The notes beneath the pieces were generated by a model. That model was not told where the DNA came from. It made no database searches and saw only the letters and a list, made by a program, of their open reading frames with translations. The translations under genes and the position numbers were made by a program. Shown here piece by piece: positions 41,831 through 54,435 of a DNA stretch of 64,000 nt. Location of the stretch: NCBI RefSeq assembly GCF_009914755.1, contig NC_060945.1; one strand, written 5' to 3'. This DNA is from the human T2T-CHM13v2.0 reference genome, Homo sapiens. The first letter of the stretch is position 1. The number at the start of each line of letters is the position of its first letter.

Positions 41831-44800
41831 GCGCCTTTATAATGTTTTATTCTCCCAAGTTCTTCTCAAAAAAGTCAACATCCACCAAGTATCAGCTGAG
41901 ATTTGAACTTCAACCCTGGGCTGAACTCAGTGGCAGGACTCTCCATTCCCAACAAGGGACAAATGGAGAAATAAATGGTGAGAGGGAGGAGCTTGATTCT
42001 GCCCATGCTAATTGGACACCTATTGTGTGCTAGGAAGACACACAGAGGTCAATCCAAATTCCAGCTCCAGCCACAGCAGGACAGCCATGGTGTAGAAGGC
42101 CAAGCCCAGAGGAGGGAGCCTTAGCAAGCGGAGCACCCCTCCATGGAGTATTGACACTCTGTTATTTCAGTTATACTGAAAACTAATAGAAGGTATGAGA
42201 TATTGCACTCAACCATTATGAGCAAGAAAATCCATTCAATCTTCTTTAATTTGGTTAAAACTAACCTTTACTAAAAGGCAGCAAAGAATAATGCTTGTCT
42301 ATGAGAATTTAAAAACATCATAGCAAACCACTCCGTTCTCAGTTTAAGAGGAAAGGCAAAACGCTTGTGTGGGAGAATAAGAAAAAAAATATTTATGTAA
42401 TACTTTGAGTTTCTATTGCTCCTAACCACCATTGCTACATAATTATTCCAAATTATAGCTCTTATTTACCCATCCTACTGTTAAAAAGTACCTCACTGAT
42501 TCTGTAACCCCCAACTAATCCACCCTATAGTCCCTAGATGACCAGAGATGCCTATTATCCTCTGCTTTTTACTGTCACTCTCCCCAGTCCAGCAAACTCA
42601 TTCCTCTTCCTGCATAAGCCTCCTGTGTTTCTGCCTTTTTTTATCTGCACCCTCTGCTGAGATTCTTTTGTCTTCACCCATCCCAAAGCCATCCATACTT
42701 CCACTGCTTGACTAGGGGTAATTATCTCATTCACCCAGCCTAATTTTTAACCTTACCTTCCTGCTCCCACCCTCTCTTCACTCTGAACAAGATTTTACTA
42801 GGTTGTTGTTATGTTCTGGGGTTCGGAGAATCTGACTAGTGTGAGTTTCCCAAGGTAAAGGTAATGCCTTAATAATTTTCACTTTAATTGCTGTTTGCGC
42901 AGTGTTTTGCACAAAATTTAACACAATAATTGCTCCCAGAGTAAATGTATAAATCTTTGCAATGTCTGATTTGACTCCCTTAGAGTTTGGATCTTTTCCC
43001 CTACAACCATCCAGAGTCCTGTCTAACCAAAGTGAAAATGCGGAACTCCCTCTTTCTGGCTGGCATCACTGCTGAGAACGGAAATAAATGCTGTCTATGC
43101 CAACTCCCTAGAACAAGTATAGGTTTCATCTAGACTAGTTTTCAAAATGAGGAAACAGGATGCAGACAAATACTTTATTCCCACTTTTTGGCCTGGGGTT
43201 TATTAACAAGGTGAAATTATACAGAAGAATAAATTAGTTTAGCTGAAAAAAGAAAAAATGTATAGTTAATGGAGGGAAAAAATTGAAAATGCAATAAAAC
43301 CAGAAGATGTTCAGGAATTCAAAGTTGTTGATGCATAGAAATACTACTGGTTTTTGTACATTGGTTTTGTGTCCTAAAACTTTACTTGCTTATCCATTTC
43401 AGGAGGCTTTTCAAGTTTTCTCCAAAAGGAGTTTTGGAAAGACTTTAGCATTGTCTACGTAGTGACTCATAATGCAAATGGAGAAAGAGAATTCAATTTT
43501 TTTTTCTATTTGTATGCCTTTTTCTTTTCTATTGGCTGATTGCTGTGGATAGGACTTTTAAATCTAATTAAATTGTATTTGTTAGATTTTTGTATATTTT
43601 AATATGTCTCCAATTAATTTTATATCTGTATAATGTCCCCTTATAAAGGAATATGTAGCTGTTTTATTTAGTTATTTTATTACTGATGCACATTTGAGTT
43701 TTTTTCAGTTTGGAAAAGTACCAAATAATGCTGCTTAGAGCATTTGTCTGCATTGGAAAATATGCTGGCAATTCTATTGGGTGTATATACCTAGTAGCAG
43801 AGTTGCTTGGTCCTAGAGTGTGCTTATGTACATCGTGTATGTAAGGAGTTACTACTCAAGAGGTTTTGAATGCCGTTATAACAGTTTGCACACAGAATGG
43901 TATAAGAAAGTTCCAGTTGCTTGACATCATCACTAGTACTTAATTTTGTCAGTTTTCAAAAATGTGAATGATTGCATAGTGGTATTCAATTGTAGTTTTC
44001 ATATGCATTGTTCTGATGCATAAGGATGTGGATATGTTCATCTACTTGTTGGCCCTTCGGTTCTGTATGTGGAAATCCTAGTCACATGTTTGCCAATTTT
44101 GTTCAATGTATTGCATCTTTGTTTATTAATTGATGGGATTTAGTTAAATAAACTAGATAAAAGGCTTTTGCCACATCAATATATGACAAATGTTGATTTC
44201 CACTTTGTTCTTGCCTTTCATCTCTCCTGAAGCTTTTTTTTTATGAAGAGAAGGTTTTAATTCTAATAAAGTCCAATTTGTCATATTTTTGTCTTGAGAA
44301 TTAATGCATTTTGTGTCCCAAGAAATCTGGGCCTGTGCCAGTCATGGACATATTTATCTATGTTATCTACTAGAAATATTGTTTTCAGCTTTGACCTTAA
44401 AATTTAAAATCCACTTTTCATTGGAATTTGTTAATAATATAAGATAGGAGTGTTTTTTCTCACATAAATAACTGGTTGACTCAAGGCTATTTACCGAGAA
44501 GACTGTCTTCACTCCTCTTCTGTGCCTGTTTTGTAATATACAAAATGTCCAAATGTGTGAGTCTGAGTTGGACTCTCGAGTTTTTCTAGTTTTCTTTGTG
44601 CCTATTTTTGCATTACTACCATAGATAGCTTTTATTACTATAGCTTTAATCTAAGTCTGAATATATGTCATTTTAAGCTCACAAACTTTGTTATTCTTCA
44701 GGACAGTTTTTACATTTCTTCGATTTTTTATATGTATTTAAATTTTTTAAACTGATTAGACAGTTTCCACAAGATTTCTGCCAAAATATTGTATTGTGAA

Positions 44801-45002
44801 AATGGAAATCTATGAATCAATTTAGGGAGAAGTTACATAGAAACAAAGCAAAACAAAACACTAATAACATCCAAAACAAACTTAAAGAGAACACCACAAT
44901 AAGAAAAGAAATTCCCAAATTGGAATAAATATTTACAACTCATGAAATTACAAATGGGCTCGCATTTCCATAAAGGGCACTCTCTCTCTCCCTCTCTCTC
45001 TC

Positions 45003-45297
45003 TTTTTTTTTTTTTCCACAGAGACTCACTCTGTCACCCTGTCTTGAGTGCAGACGTGCAATCTCGGCTCACTGCAACCTCTGCCTCCCAAGTTTCAGCA
45101 ATTCTTCTGTCTCAGCCTCCTGAGTAGCTGGGGCTACAGGCTTGTGCCACCATTCCCGGCTAATTTTTTGTAATTTTAGTAGAGACGGGGTTTCACCAGG
45201 TTGGCCAGGCTGGTTTTTAACTCCTGACCTCAAATGATCCGCCCGCCTCAGCCTCTCAAGTGTTGAAATTACAGATGTGAGGCACCACAGCTGACCT
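45003..45297 (-). mobile_element. AluS (mirror of 30790-31086)
   Basis: atctcggctcactgcaacctctgcctccc...tagtagagacggggtttcacc. Confidence 0.92.
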
Positions 45298-47529
45298 GTA
45301 AAGACCTCTTAAAAATTAGTTAAAAAACAAACAAAACAGAAAAAGAGAAAGAAGAAACAGCCACTCAGTTAAAAGAAAAAGATAAAGAAAAAGAAAAAGA
45401 AAAGAAAAGAAAAAAAGGCAAAAGACATTATTTTACAGGTCTAGTGCCCTGTGCCCCTCACTGTAATGGGGGTGGATATGGGCTTCACAGGACATGAAAT
45501 TCATCAAACAGTTGCTGGTTGAAGGAGGGAAAATCTTGCGGGACCAGCCTCCAGAACAGAGCCTGTGGTGCACTGTTTCATCCCGTAGCCCTGGTAAGAA
45601 AACCTGGCTGTGCCGTGCTTTATGTTCACCTGCATTTGCCCTGTTCAGAGGCCTGAGCTACCGTGAACACATAAGTCTGCTCAAACTCTCCCCATCCCAA
45701 TATTCTATCTGGTATTGAGCATGACACCCTGTCTTCACTGAGCATGTGTTTATGCAGTTTTGTGACCACCTATCCATTTTACAACAGGAAGACTGAGGCC
45801 CCCAAAAAAGGCAAAGACTGGTCCATATCCCAGAAATTGGGAAGAGCACAGAGTATTAGGGAGGGATCCAGCTTCCAAGGCCTTGCATGCACCCCACCCA
45901 TCAGGTTTGCTTTGGAAATGAGTGCTCCTAAGTCCTGGAAAACCCTGTGGTCTACTTTCTACCTGGGCTTTCTACCCTTTCTTATTCTCACATAGGTGTG
46001 CAGCCATGAACACACAAACACACCACACACACACACACACACAGGCTTCTAAGGTGGAGATCATGGAGGTGAGGTTAGAGAAGAGGAAACCAGAGAAGTG
46101 ACAAAACGGGAAGAAATAGAAGAGGCAGCTTTGCCATGAGGCAGAGGCATCCACTCCCCCAGCTACATGACCAGGAGCTGACAGCATGCGATGAAGGATC
46201 CTCCAGGTTCCCTGGGTTCTTCCAGGCCTGGGGATCTTCCCAGCTGTTTCAAGAGGACAGGACAGGGGTTGTGACTCCCACCTCTATGGGCACCTGGAAC
46301 TAAAATGAGCTATGCCCTCCCCCAACCACCCCATGTGATATAAAGTGGGGCTACGGGAAAGAAAACCTTCGTTTTCTCTCTCATAAATAGGGGTACTCAA
46401 AAGGAATAATACCAAGAATTCTAGATACTCATAAGTGTCTGCTCCCCTTGGCTCTTCATTGGTAACTCACTGTGCTTTGAGACTCTGGGAAGAGGCTTTT
46501 CAGGTTCTAGAGGTCCTTCAGAGAAGAGAGAGGCCTAGAGATGTGGGCAGATGAGGACTTGGAATAAAGCAGAATGTGACAATGCACTGGGCTCTGGAGT
46601 GTGGGGCCCAGAAAAAATACTAGTTTTTTGGGCTGTCCTTGAGTTCCTCATTCAGAAGTGGAAGAAAATAATGTCTCTGAATGCTGTTAAAATGTTTAAT
46701 GAGTGCACAGCACACTCAAAGAGGCTGAGGAAAATAGGAATCAAGGGAGGTTTCCGAGGTTACTTTTATGGCCCTTGGAGTCTTCAGATACTGCTCCTTT
46801 TCCCAGGGGTCCTTGATTAGCCACTGCCTTGAGAATTCCCCAATGCAGGTGCCTGTTTTGTGATGCTTCCACCTGGGACTTCAGGGCTAGTGGAGGCCTC
46901 TAGGTGGCGGCAGACCCCGTGTTTCTTATGCCCGCTGGACTTTACTGGAGTAGCTGGAGCTAGGGGGGAGAGTCAGCCTGAGGTCCTGCAGCTCCTGTTA
47001 TCATTCATGATCTCCACATTATTGGGTGGCCAAAAGCGGGCAGAAGGGCTTTGTGATTTTCCATGTTATTTTACTCAGCGACTCTTCCCCTAGCACTCAC
47101 CATGTGGCAGCTACCTTGGTAGGTTCACCTTGTGGTACCAAAAATGATTATGTTATCCCTGCCTCCCGGCGGGAGCCCACGGTCTGAGGACTGCAGGACA
47201 AAAACACTAAAGCAAGTACATGTGAAAGAAAAGAGCATTTTATAATGGAAATAAAGTAGAATGTTGGGAGGGAGGGCTGGGGAGAGGTTGCCTGGAGGGG
47301 ACATGAATGCCTCCCTGAGGTGACATTATGTTGTGACCAGAATGACAACAGAGAGCCAGTCCTGCGCAGGTGTGGAAAGTGTGTCAGGGAAAAGCCACTC
47401 TTTGTGAAGAGACTCACAGGCACAGGTGAGTTCAGCAGAGGAGGTTATAACGGGACAATTGTGGCGGCAGGCAGCCTGAGAAAGAAAGGAAAAGAGGGGA
47501 GGGAGGATCCTGGGGACTGAAAGAAGAGA

Positions 47530-48891
47530 TTAGTCATTTGCCCCTCTCTGACAAAATTTCCCTGAATTTTAGCACATGTTGACAACAAATACTATCTCAC
47601 AACTTTTGTGAACCAGAATCTCGATATAGCTTAGTTGGGTGCCTCTGCCTCAAGGTCTCTTACGAGGCTGGGGCTGTGATTTCAACTGAAGCTGGATTTG
47701 AGGAGAGATCAGCCTTCTATCTGCCTCATGGAAACTGGCACGATTCAGTGTGAACTGAGAGCCCGAGTTCCTTCCTCTCGATTGGCCTGGGCATCTCCTC
47801 AGTTCTCTATCATGTGGGTCTGTGCCTAGAGCATCTTAGGACACTGTAGATCACTTCCTCATCTTGAGGATTACAATACAGAGATGGAAAATGAAAGAGA
47901 TAGACAGACATATGCAGAGAAAAAGAGAGAAAGGGAGACAGAGAGATTGAGAGAGGACGCACAGGACAGAGCAAGTAAGAGGAAAATAATAGCTGTTTTA
48001 GAAATATAAATTTGGAAGTTGCAGTAGACTATGTGATTCCCCACCATGTTCACATACCAGAACCTTAATCCCCAGTGTAATGGCCTTAGCAGGTCAGAGG
48101 TAATTAAGTCCAAAGCATGAGGACCTCATGATAGCGATTACGGGCTTTGTAAAAGAAACCGCAGAAGGTTGTCTCTCCCTCTCTCTGCTAAATGAGAAAA
48201 CAACCTGAAGTCTGGAGTTTGAAACTCAGAAGAGAGTCCTTACCAGACCCCAACCATGCTGGAAGCCCAATCTCAAATTTCTGGCCTCTAGAACTAATGT
48301 CTTTTATTTATAAGTTGCCTAGTCTATGTTTTTTGGTATAGAAGTCTGAACTAAGTCAGAAGTGATAACCTATCACATTTGTTGTTTTCCCTTTGACAGA
48401 AACTAGAACCAGGTCCCCAAAGAGTTCATCCAATGACTAGCAGAAATTCTTCAGTTTGCAGAATGACAGATAAGAAAAGATACAACTTGTTGAAAGAATG
48501 AAATTTATTCCACTTATGAGACTTCTAAAAAGTGGCTAAAATTGGTCGGAACCAATATGGTCAACTGGAGTCTGTGTGAAATAAGCTCACTGATGTGAAA
48601 GCCCAAATTTCCATCACATGTTTTGTACTGACTGTCCCCAAATTTGCACATGTGACCTGTGTGTAGCAAGAAAAAATAGTTGTTCATGCCCAGTGATTTT
48701 CCATACATTTTTCCTTTAAGCAATTCCGTACTAATCCAGAACCTACCTCCTAAACCTTTCTGAGAATATTACTACCTTTAAGTAAGCACAGGGAAACAGA
48801 CTTGAGCTGGAATCCCATCTCTTTGTTAGAAACCCGGTGTTATAGTACCTGCTTCTGAGGCACTGAGAGGTGAGCTGCGTTTTAAAATAAC
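47530..48891. mobile_element. LTR cluster: MLT1E/F-like (-), MLT1A-like (+, 48019-48358), ERV1 LTR (+, 48393-48891)
   Basis: Mirror of 27221-28580. Confidence 0.6.
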
Positions 48892-49251
48892 AGAGTCACT
48901 CACAACTTAGTGTTGTTGTAAGACTTTGTTGGGGGCGCCCACCACATAGGCTGAGATGAGGCATATACATATGATTCTAAAAATAATGCACAGCACTGGA
49001 ATATTTAATGCCAGAAGACAGTATCTGATTTTCTTTTAATTTCAACCTCTTCTGCTGTGGAATGGAAAATTAAGGCCATATATATAAAATATATATCTTT
49101 TATGTATAAAGATACATAAACTATGTATCTTTTATATATAAAGATATATATGTATAAGTTTATATATTATATATAGTTATATATAATTGATATATATATA
49201 GTTATATATAATATATAAATAAAATTATTTATATACATTATATATATATAT

Positions 49252-49540
49252 ATTTTTTGAGACACAGTCTCGCTCTGTCACCCAGGCTGGAGTGCAGTGG
49301 CAGGATCATGGCTCAATGTAATCTCTGCTTCCTGGGCTCAAGTGATTCTTACACCTCAGCCTCCTGAGTGGCTGGGATTACAGGCATGCATCAACACATC
49401 TGGCTAATTTTTGGATTTTTAGTAGAGAAGGGTTTTTGCCATGCTGGCCATGGCTGGTTTCAAACCCCTGGCCTTAAGTGTTCCAGCTGCCTTGGTCTAC
49501 CAATCTGCTAAGATTACAGCAAGAGCCACTGCATCCAACC
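49252..49540 (-). mobile_element. Alu preceded by a (TA)n tract 49078-49252 (mirror of 26562-27035)
   Basis: tgagacacagtctcgctctgtcacccaggctggagtgcagtgg. Confidence 0.9.
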
Positions 49541-51239
49541 GATTTTGATTCATTCTATCTCATATATCACCAAAGACTGTTTTTGGAAGTTGATGTTAGC
49601 ATAATCCCATTATGCATACTTCAGGGCTGGGGAGACCTGAAGCACACAGTCATTTTCATATGGTCACAGAAATGAAAAGGAAAAGAAGATTTTAACCCAA
49701 CTCTGTTCTCTCAAACCTGGGGCCCTGGCTGCATTTAGAACTTTTTGGGAAGTAAGGGACATAATTGTGTTTGCATAACTGTTTACAGGTAAAGAGTTGA
49801 CATGGGAGAGGAGGGTGAGCAATCAGCAGCCCAGCAGGGACTTTGCATAGATTTATGGAGGAAAAGGGCTCAGGGGATAAAACCTTGAAGAAGTTAACAG
49901 ACTTCCCTTGTGACAAAACCTAACAGAATTTAGAACTTTGGGAACCAGAAACCCACATTCTAGAGACAGCCCTGTATCTAGCTAACTTCTTGGGAGATGC
50001 TTGAGAGGGCACTGTGTTCTCATTGTAGGTTATATTCCCAAGCTGTTGCCTGAGAAAGGCCCAAAGTGAGAGCCTTTTCTGACAGTATACATACTGGCTC
50101 AGCCTACATCCTTGATACCATTGGCCATTCGACAAGAGGCACCCACAGGTAACACAGTGTAGCCCAGGGCAGTTCCGTCCATGCCAGGCCACCTGTGTCA
50201 TCTAATCTGGGCAACCCGACCCTGCCTACAATTACCCTGTGTTGCAAGGGGAGCAGGAAAGGAGGGGGCTTTTCCTCACAGGGGCAGGTTTTAAGACACA
50301 GGAACCCTGGTGGGTCTGTCATGTTCATACCCAGGTCACGGTTGGTGGAATAAAAAGTTGTGAGTTGCGGACCAAGTACGTCTACTCAGATGTGAATCCC
50401 AAGGCCTTAAGCTGTCCTCGGGTTTCCTCATTGGCTGGGGGTCTATGCAGATACTCCTATGTTCCTGATCTAGGAAACAGAATTTCTAATGGAGATGTCA
50501 CCTGGTGGTAAAAACAAAGAAGACAATTAACTTTTTTTGCTGCTGGGAACACTCTTTGTAGAGCTGCATTAAAATCAGTGAGCAGATATTTGATGGGTTC
50601 AAGTCCCCCATCTCCTTGGACAACTGGCAGGTTCACCACACCCCCAAGCATGGCATACAATGAGTTATGGTGAGAGCAGGCACATGGGGGTCTCTACAGA
50701 GAGGGACCTGACAAAACCAGGATGGGCCCAGGATCCAGACCCAAACATGGAATTTCTCTGCACTTTCTCCTAGGGGATTTCCATGAGTGACCCTCAGATC
50801 TACCCCCCAAAAATCTAGCCTTAACTGGTTCCAGTGGCAACCTGGTTAAGTGTAAAGTCCCTTTTTACATTCTTGTAGAAATATCAGAGAAGACCTTTGT
50901 GTTGTTTTTACTTTACACTAGGCTATATTTATTCATGTTACTACAGTTTGTATAGTTTTAATTATTCCCCCCGATATCATCTGTAGCAGGCAGCTTCACG
51001 GTACTGCCAGCCTTTCTCCAAGACTTGAAAGCCACCACTATCACTAATACTCTACAAAAATAGGGAAGAGTTTACATGAAAAAGGGGTTATATTGTTTCC
51101 TGCATTTGTCTGCAATGTGTCATCTAAGAGAACTCATCCCAGTAGCCCATCAGGGCAGAAGTGGTGCCCTCACATATCTTTGTAATGTTATATAATGGAG
51201 GTCACTTCCCAGAGTGGTTTAGCCTTTCAATGGCTATTA

Positions 51240-52458
51240 TTTCTGATCAAAATGGAATAAAACTAGAAATGAATAACAGAACAAAACAAAAATAGCAACA
51301 TATATATGGAAATTAAACAACTCACTTTTGAGCATGCTCATGTTTAACGGTTGTAAGACTTAATATTATGAATAATGCTTATGATGTCTAAAGCGAGTTA
51401 CAGATTCAATGCAATCCCTTTTAAATTAAGAATTTTTTTTTGAAATAGAAAAAGGAACCAACAAATTATATGGAATGTCAAGCGACCATAAAGAGCCCAA
51501 AAATGTTTAAAAAAAAAACAATGTTAGTGACCTCACCTTTTCTGATTTCAAAGCACATTACAAAGCAACAGCAATGAAAACAGTTTGTTTCTGGCATAAA
51601 GACAGACAATTTTTCCAATAAAACAGAAGGTAGCAAACATGTAAACCTCACACATATGAGCAAATAGCTATTTGCATACCAATATTCATTGGAGCATTAT
51701 TCAGAAAGGCCAATAGGTGAAAGCAACACAAACTTTCCTCATAGGATGAATAAATAAATACAATTTGTAATATAAAAGTAATGGAATATTACTTAGCTTT
51801 TAAAGGCAGAAAATCTTGTACCATCCACAATAAAGAGGAATCTTGAGAACATAATGCTAAGTAAAATTAGTCACAATAAAACAGATACTCTATGATTCTA
51901 CTTATATGTAATATCTAAAGTATTGAAACTTAGAACCAGAAAATAGAATGATTTTTATCATGAGCCAGGTGGTAAGGACAATGGGTAGTTGTCATTTCAT
52001 GTGTACTGAGTTTTAGTTTTGCAAAAGAAAAAATTTTACAAATATGTTGCATAACAATGTAAATACACTTAACATGACTGAACTGTATAAGAAAAAATAT
52101 TAAAGATTCTAAATTTTATGTTATGTATTTTTACCACAATGGAAATTAAAAATGACACCCAAGGGCCAAGAGTGATCACTCATGCCTGTAATCCCAGCAC
52201 TCTGGGAGGCTGAGGCATGCAGGTTACTTGAGGCCATAAGTTCAAGACCAGCCTGGCCAACATGGTGAAACCCCAGCTTCATGAAAAATACAAAAATTAG
52301 CCAGGCGCGGTGGTGCACAACTTTAATGCCAGCTACTCAAGAGGCAGCAGCTGGAGAATTGCTTTAACCTGGGAGGTAGAGGTTGCAGTGATCCAAGATT
52401 GTGCCACTGCACTTTGGCAACAGGGTGAGAGTCTGTCAAAAGAAAAAAAAAAAAAAAT
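51240..52458 (+). mobile_element. L1MB-like 3' region followed by an Alu (52163-52458)
   Basis: Mirror of 23625-24840. Confidence 0.78.
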
Positions 52459-54435
52459 GACACCCGAAGAGACAGAGTTACAAAGTTTCTGAAAAATTAT
52501 CTTCAAATCGCATAAATCTTTCTTTCACACTAAGATAATATAAACAATAGATGTTGAAATTAAGACAATTTCCATGATTACTCACTTAGACAGAATAAAT
52601 TATTGGCCATCAAATAAGAAGAAAATATACAAGTCATAAACAAAATAGGGGCAATATTTATACAGGCAAACAAACAGTGAAATCATTATATTAACAAAAG
52701 ACATAGGGATGGTTCATATTTGACTTCTGCCCCACACTGTCTTAATGCATACAGAGTTGAATATTGTTATACAATATTATATTATACAAATTAAAACTTA
52801 AAACAATAAACTAATATAAGGTGCCCTACCCTAAAACATGAAACACAGAAATGTAAAATTGCAAAACAAAGTTAAAATAAACATTAACCCCCAAATTCTT
52901 ATTTGAATAATGAAATTCAAAATCATAATAAATAGGTAGAAAGTAAAAACACAATTAACTGATGTGAGACAGCCTACTCTAAAAAATACAGAAACATAAA
53001 ATTATAAAACATAATTAAGAGAAACTTTAATCCATAAAATCCTGAATAAACATAGTGTCCAAATGAAAAAGAATCCTAGGTAACTACAATTTTTAACTCT
53101 TCCTGTGAATCTATGAAAAGTATGAATTTTGAATTATTTGGATACAGTTAGGACAACAACATTTCAGAGAAAACACATTATAATTATTACAAAGAGCTGT
53201 GATGAGAAAGTTTTAAGGAATAAGCATTTAAGTAATACTAGAGAAAGTTTTAAATTATGCTACTGATGCATTGCTGCTTTTCTTACACAAAACGGTAAGG
53301 CTGTAATCTAGCTTTTAATTGAAAAGTATTACATTTCTAAATATGGTAACAATATAAATATTGTAAATATAGTATAAAACATTGACATATAAAATAAAAA
53401 TTGGAAATAAATTGTACTATTAGTCAAATAAAAGTTGGGAAAACTGGAAGAAGATGCTAATAGTAACATTGTGCCTAGAGTCAATTAAACATACAAGCCA
53501 AATATTTTAATAAATTATAAATTATATAATTTATACATAATATATACATTTGAGCATGCTATTTTACAACTTCTGAAAGGAAATTACAGACAAATGTGAC
53601 ATATGATAATTTAGAAAGTGAAAACACAGTCATAGTAATCTTCATATTAAAGAAGACAGAATCATAAAATACTAAGTGAGAAATAAGGTAATAATTGTGA
53701 ATTCAATATATGTTGAACAATATTCTAATTTCCCTTACGGAAAAAGTTTTTGTAAGAAATCAGTAGAATGAGTACATACAATAAACCATCCTACAGTAGA
53801 GGCTGTTGGCATATAGAGTTTACATTTCTATGATTAGGTCCTACTAAGAAAAAGGAAATTTTAAAATAAAATACTTAGATTTTCCTATTTAATAAGATAA
53901 TTTTTGCCTATAAAGTTTTTCTGTCTAATTTTCTTGTAGAATTAGGTTTTAGTCGTCGTAAAACTTGACATTATGAAGCAGAAAACAGGTGTCATCTGTC
54001 TCTGGTGTTCCTGGAATTTCTAACCCAAATGCCAATTCCTCCACAACTCCCCTCACACACTTCTGAATTGAAGCACAACAGATTTATTAAAAATGGCATA
54101 ACAGCGGTCTCCAGACATGTGCAGAGATTTTCCCAGATCCCCAAAAGCAATGACAAACTATTCAGATCATTTAGGTTCTCACAAGATACTGGGAGGACTT
54201 TGGCTTTCAGTGTGAATGCACTGGAAGATTCTAAGAGAGAGGGAGAGAGAGAGAATGTGTGTGTGTTGAAATCAGAACCCCACCTTATGTGTTTATTGTG
54301 GAAATTGAAAATGAAAGCCTAAAGTTGAAAATTAAAATCACACATGATAGCACATTGCAAACTATTTTCTGTGCTAGATGGGTCGTTCTAGGGTGTAGGA
54401 CCCTGGAAACACCGTTTTCCCCTCCTTCCGGAAAG

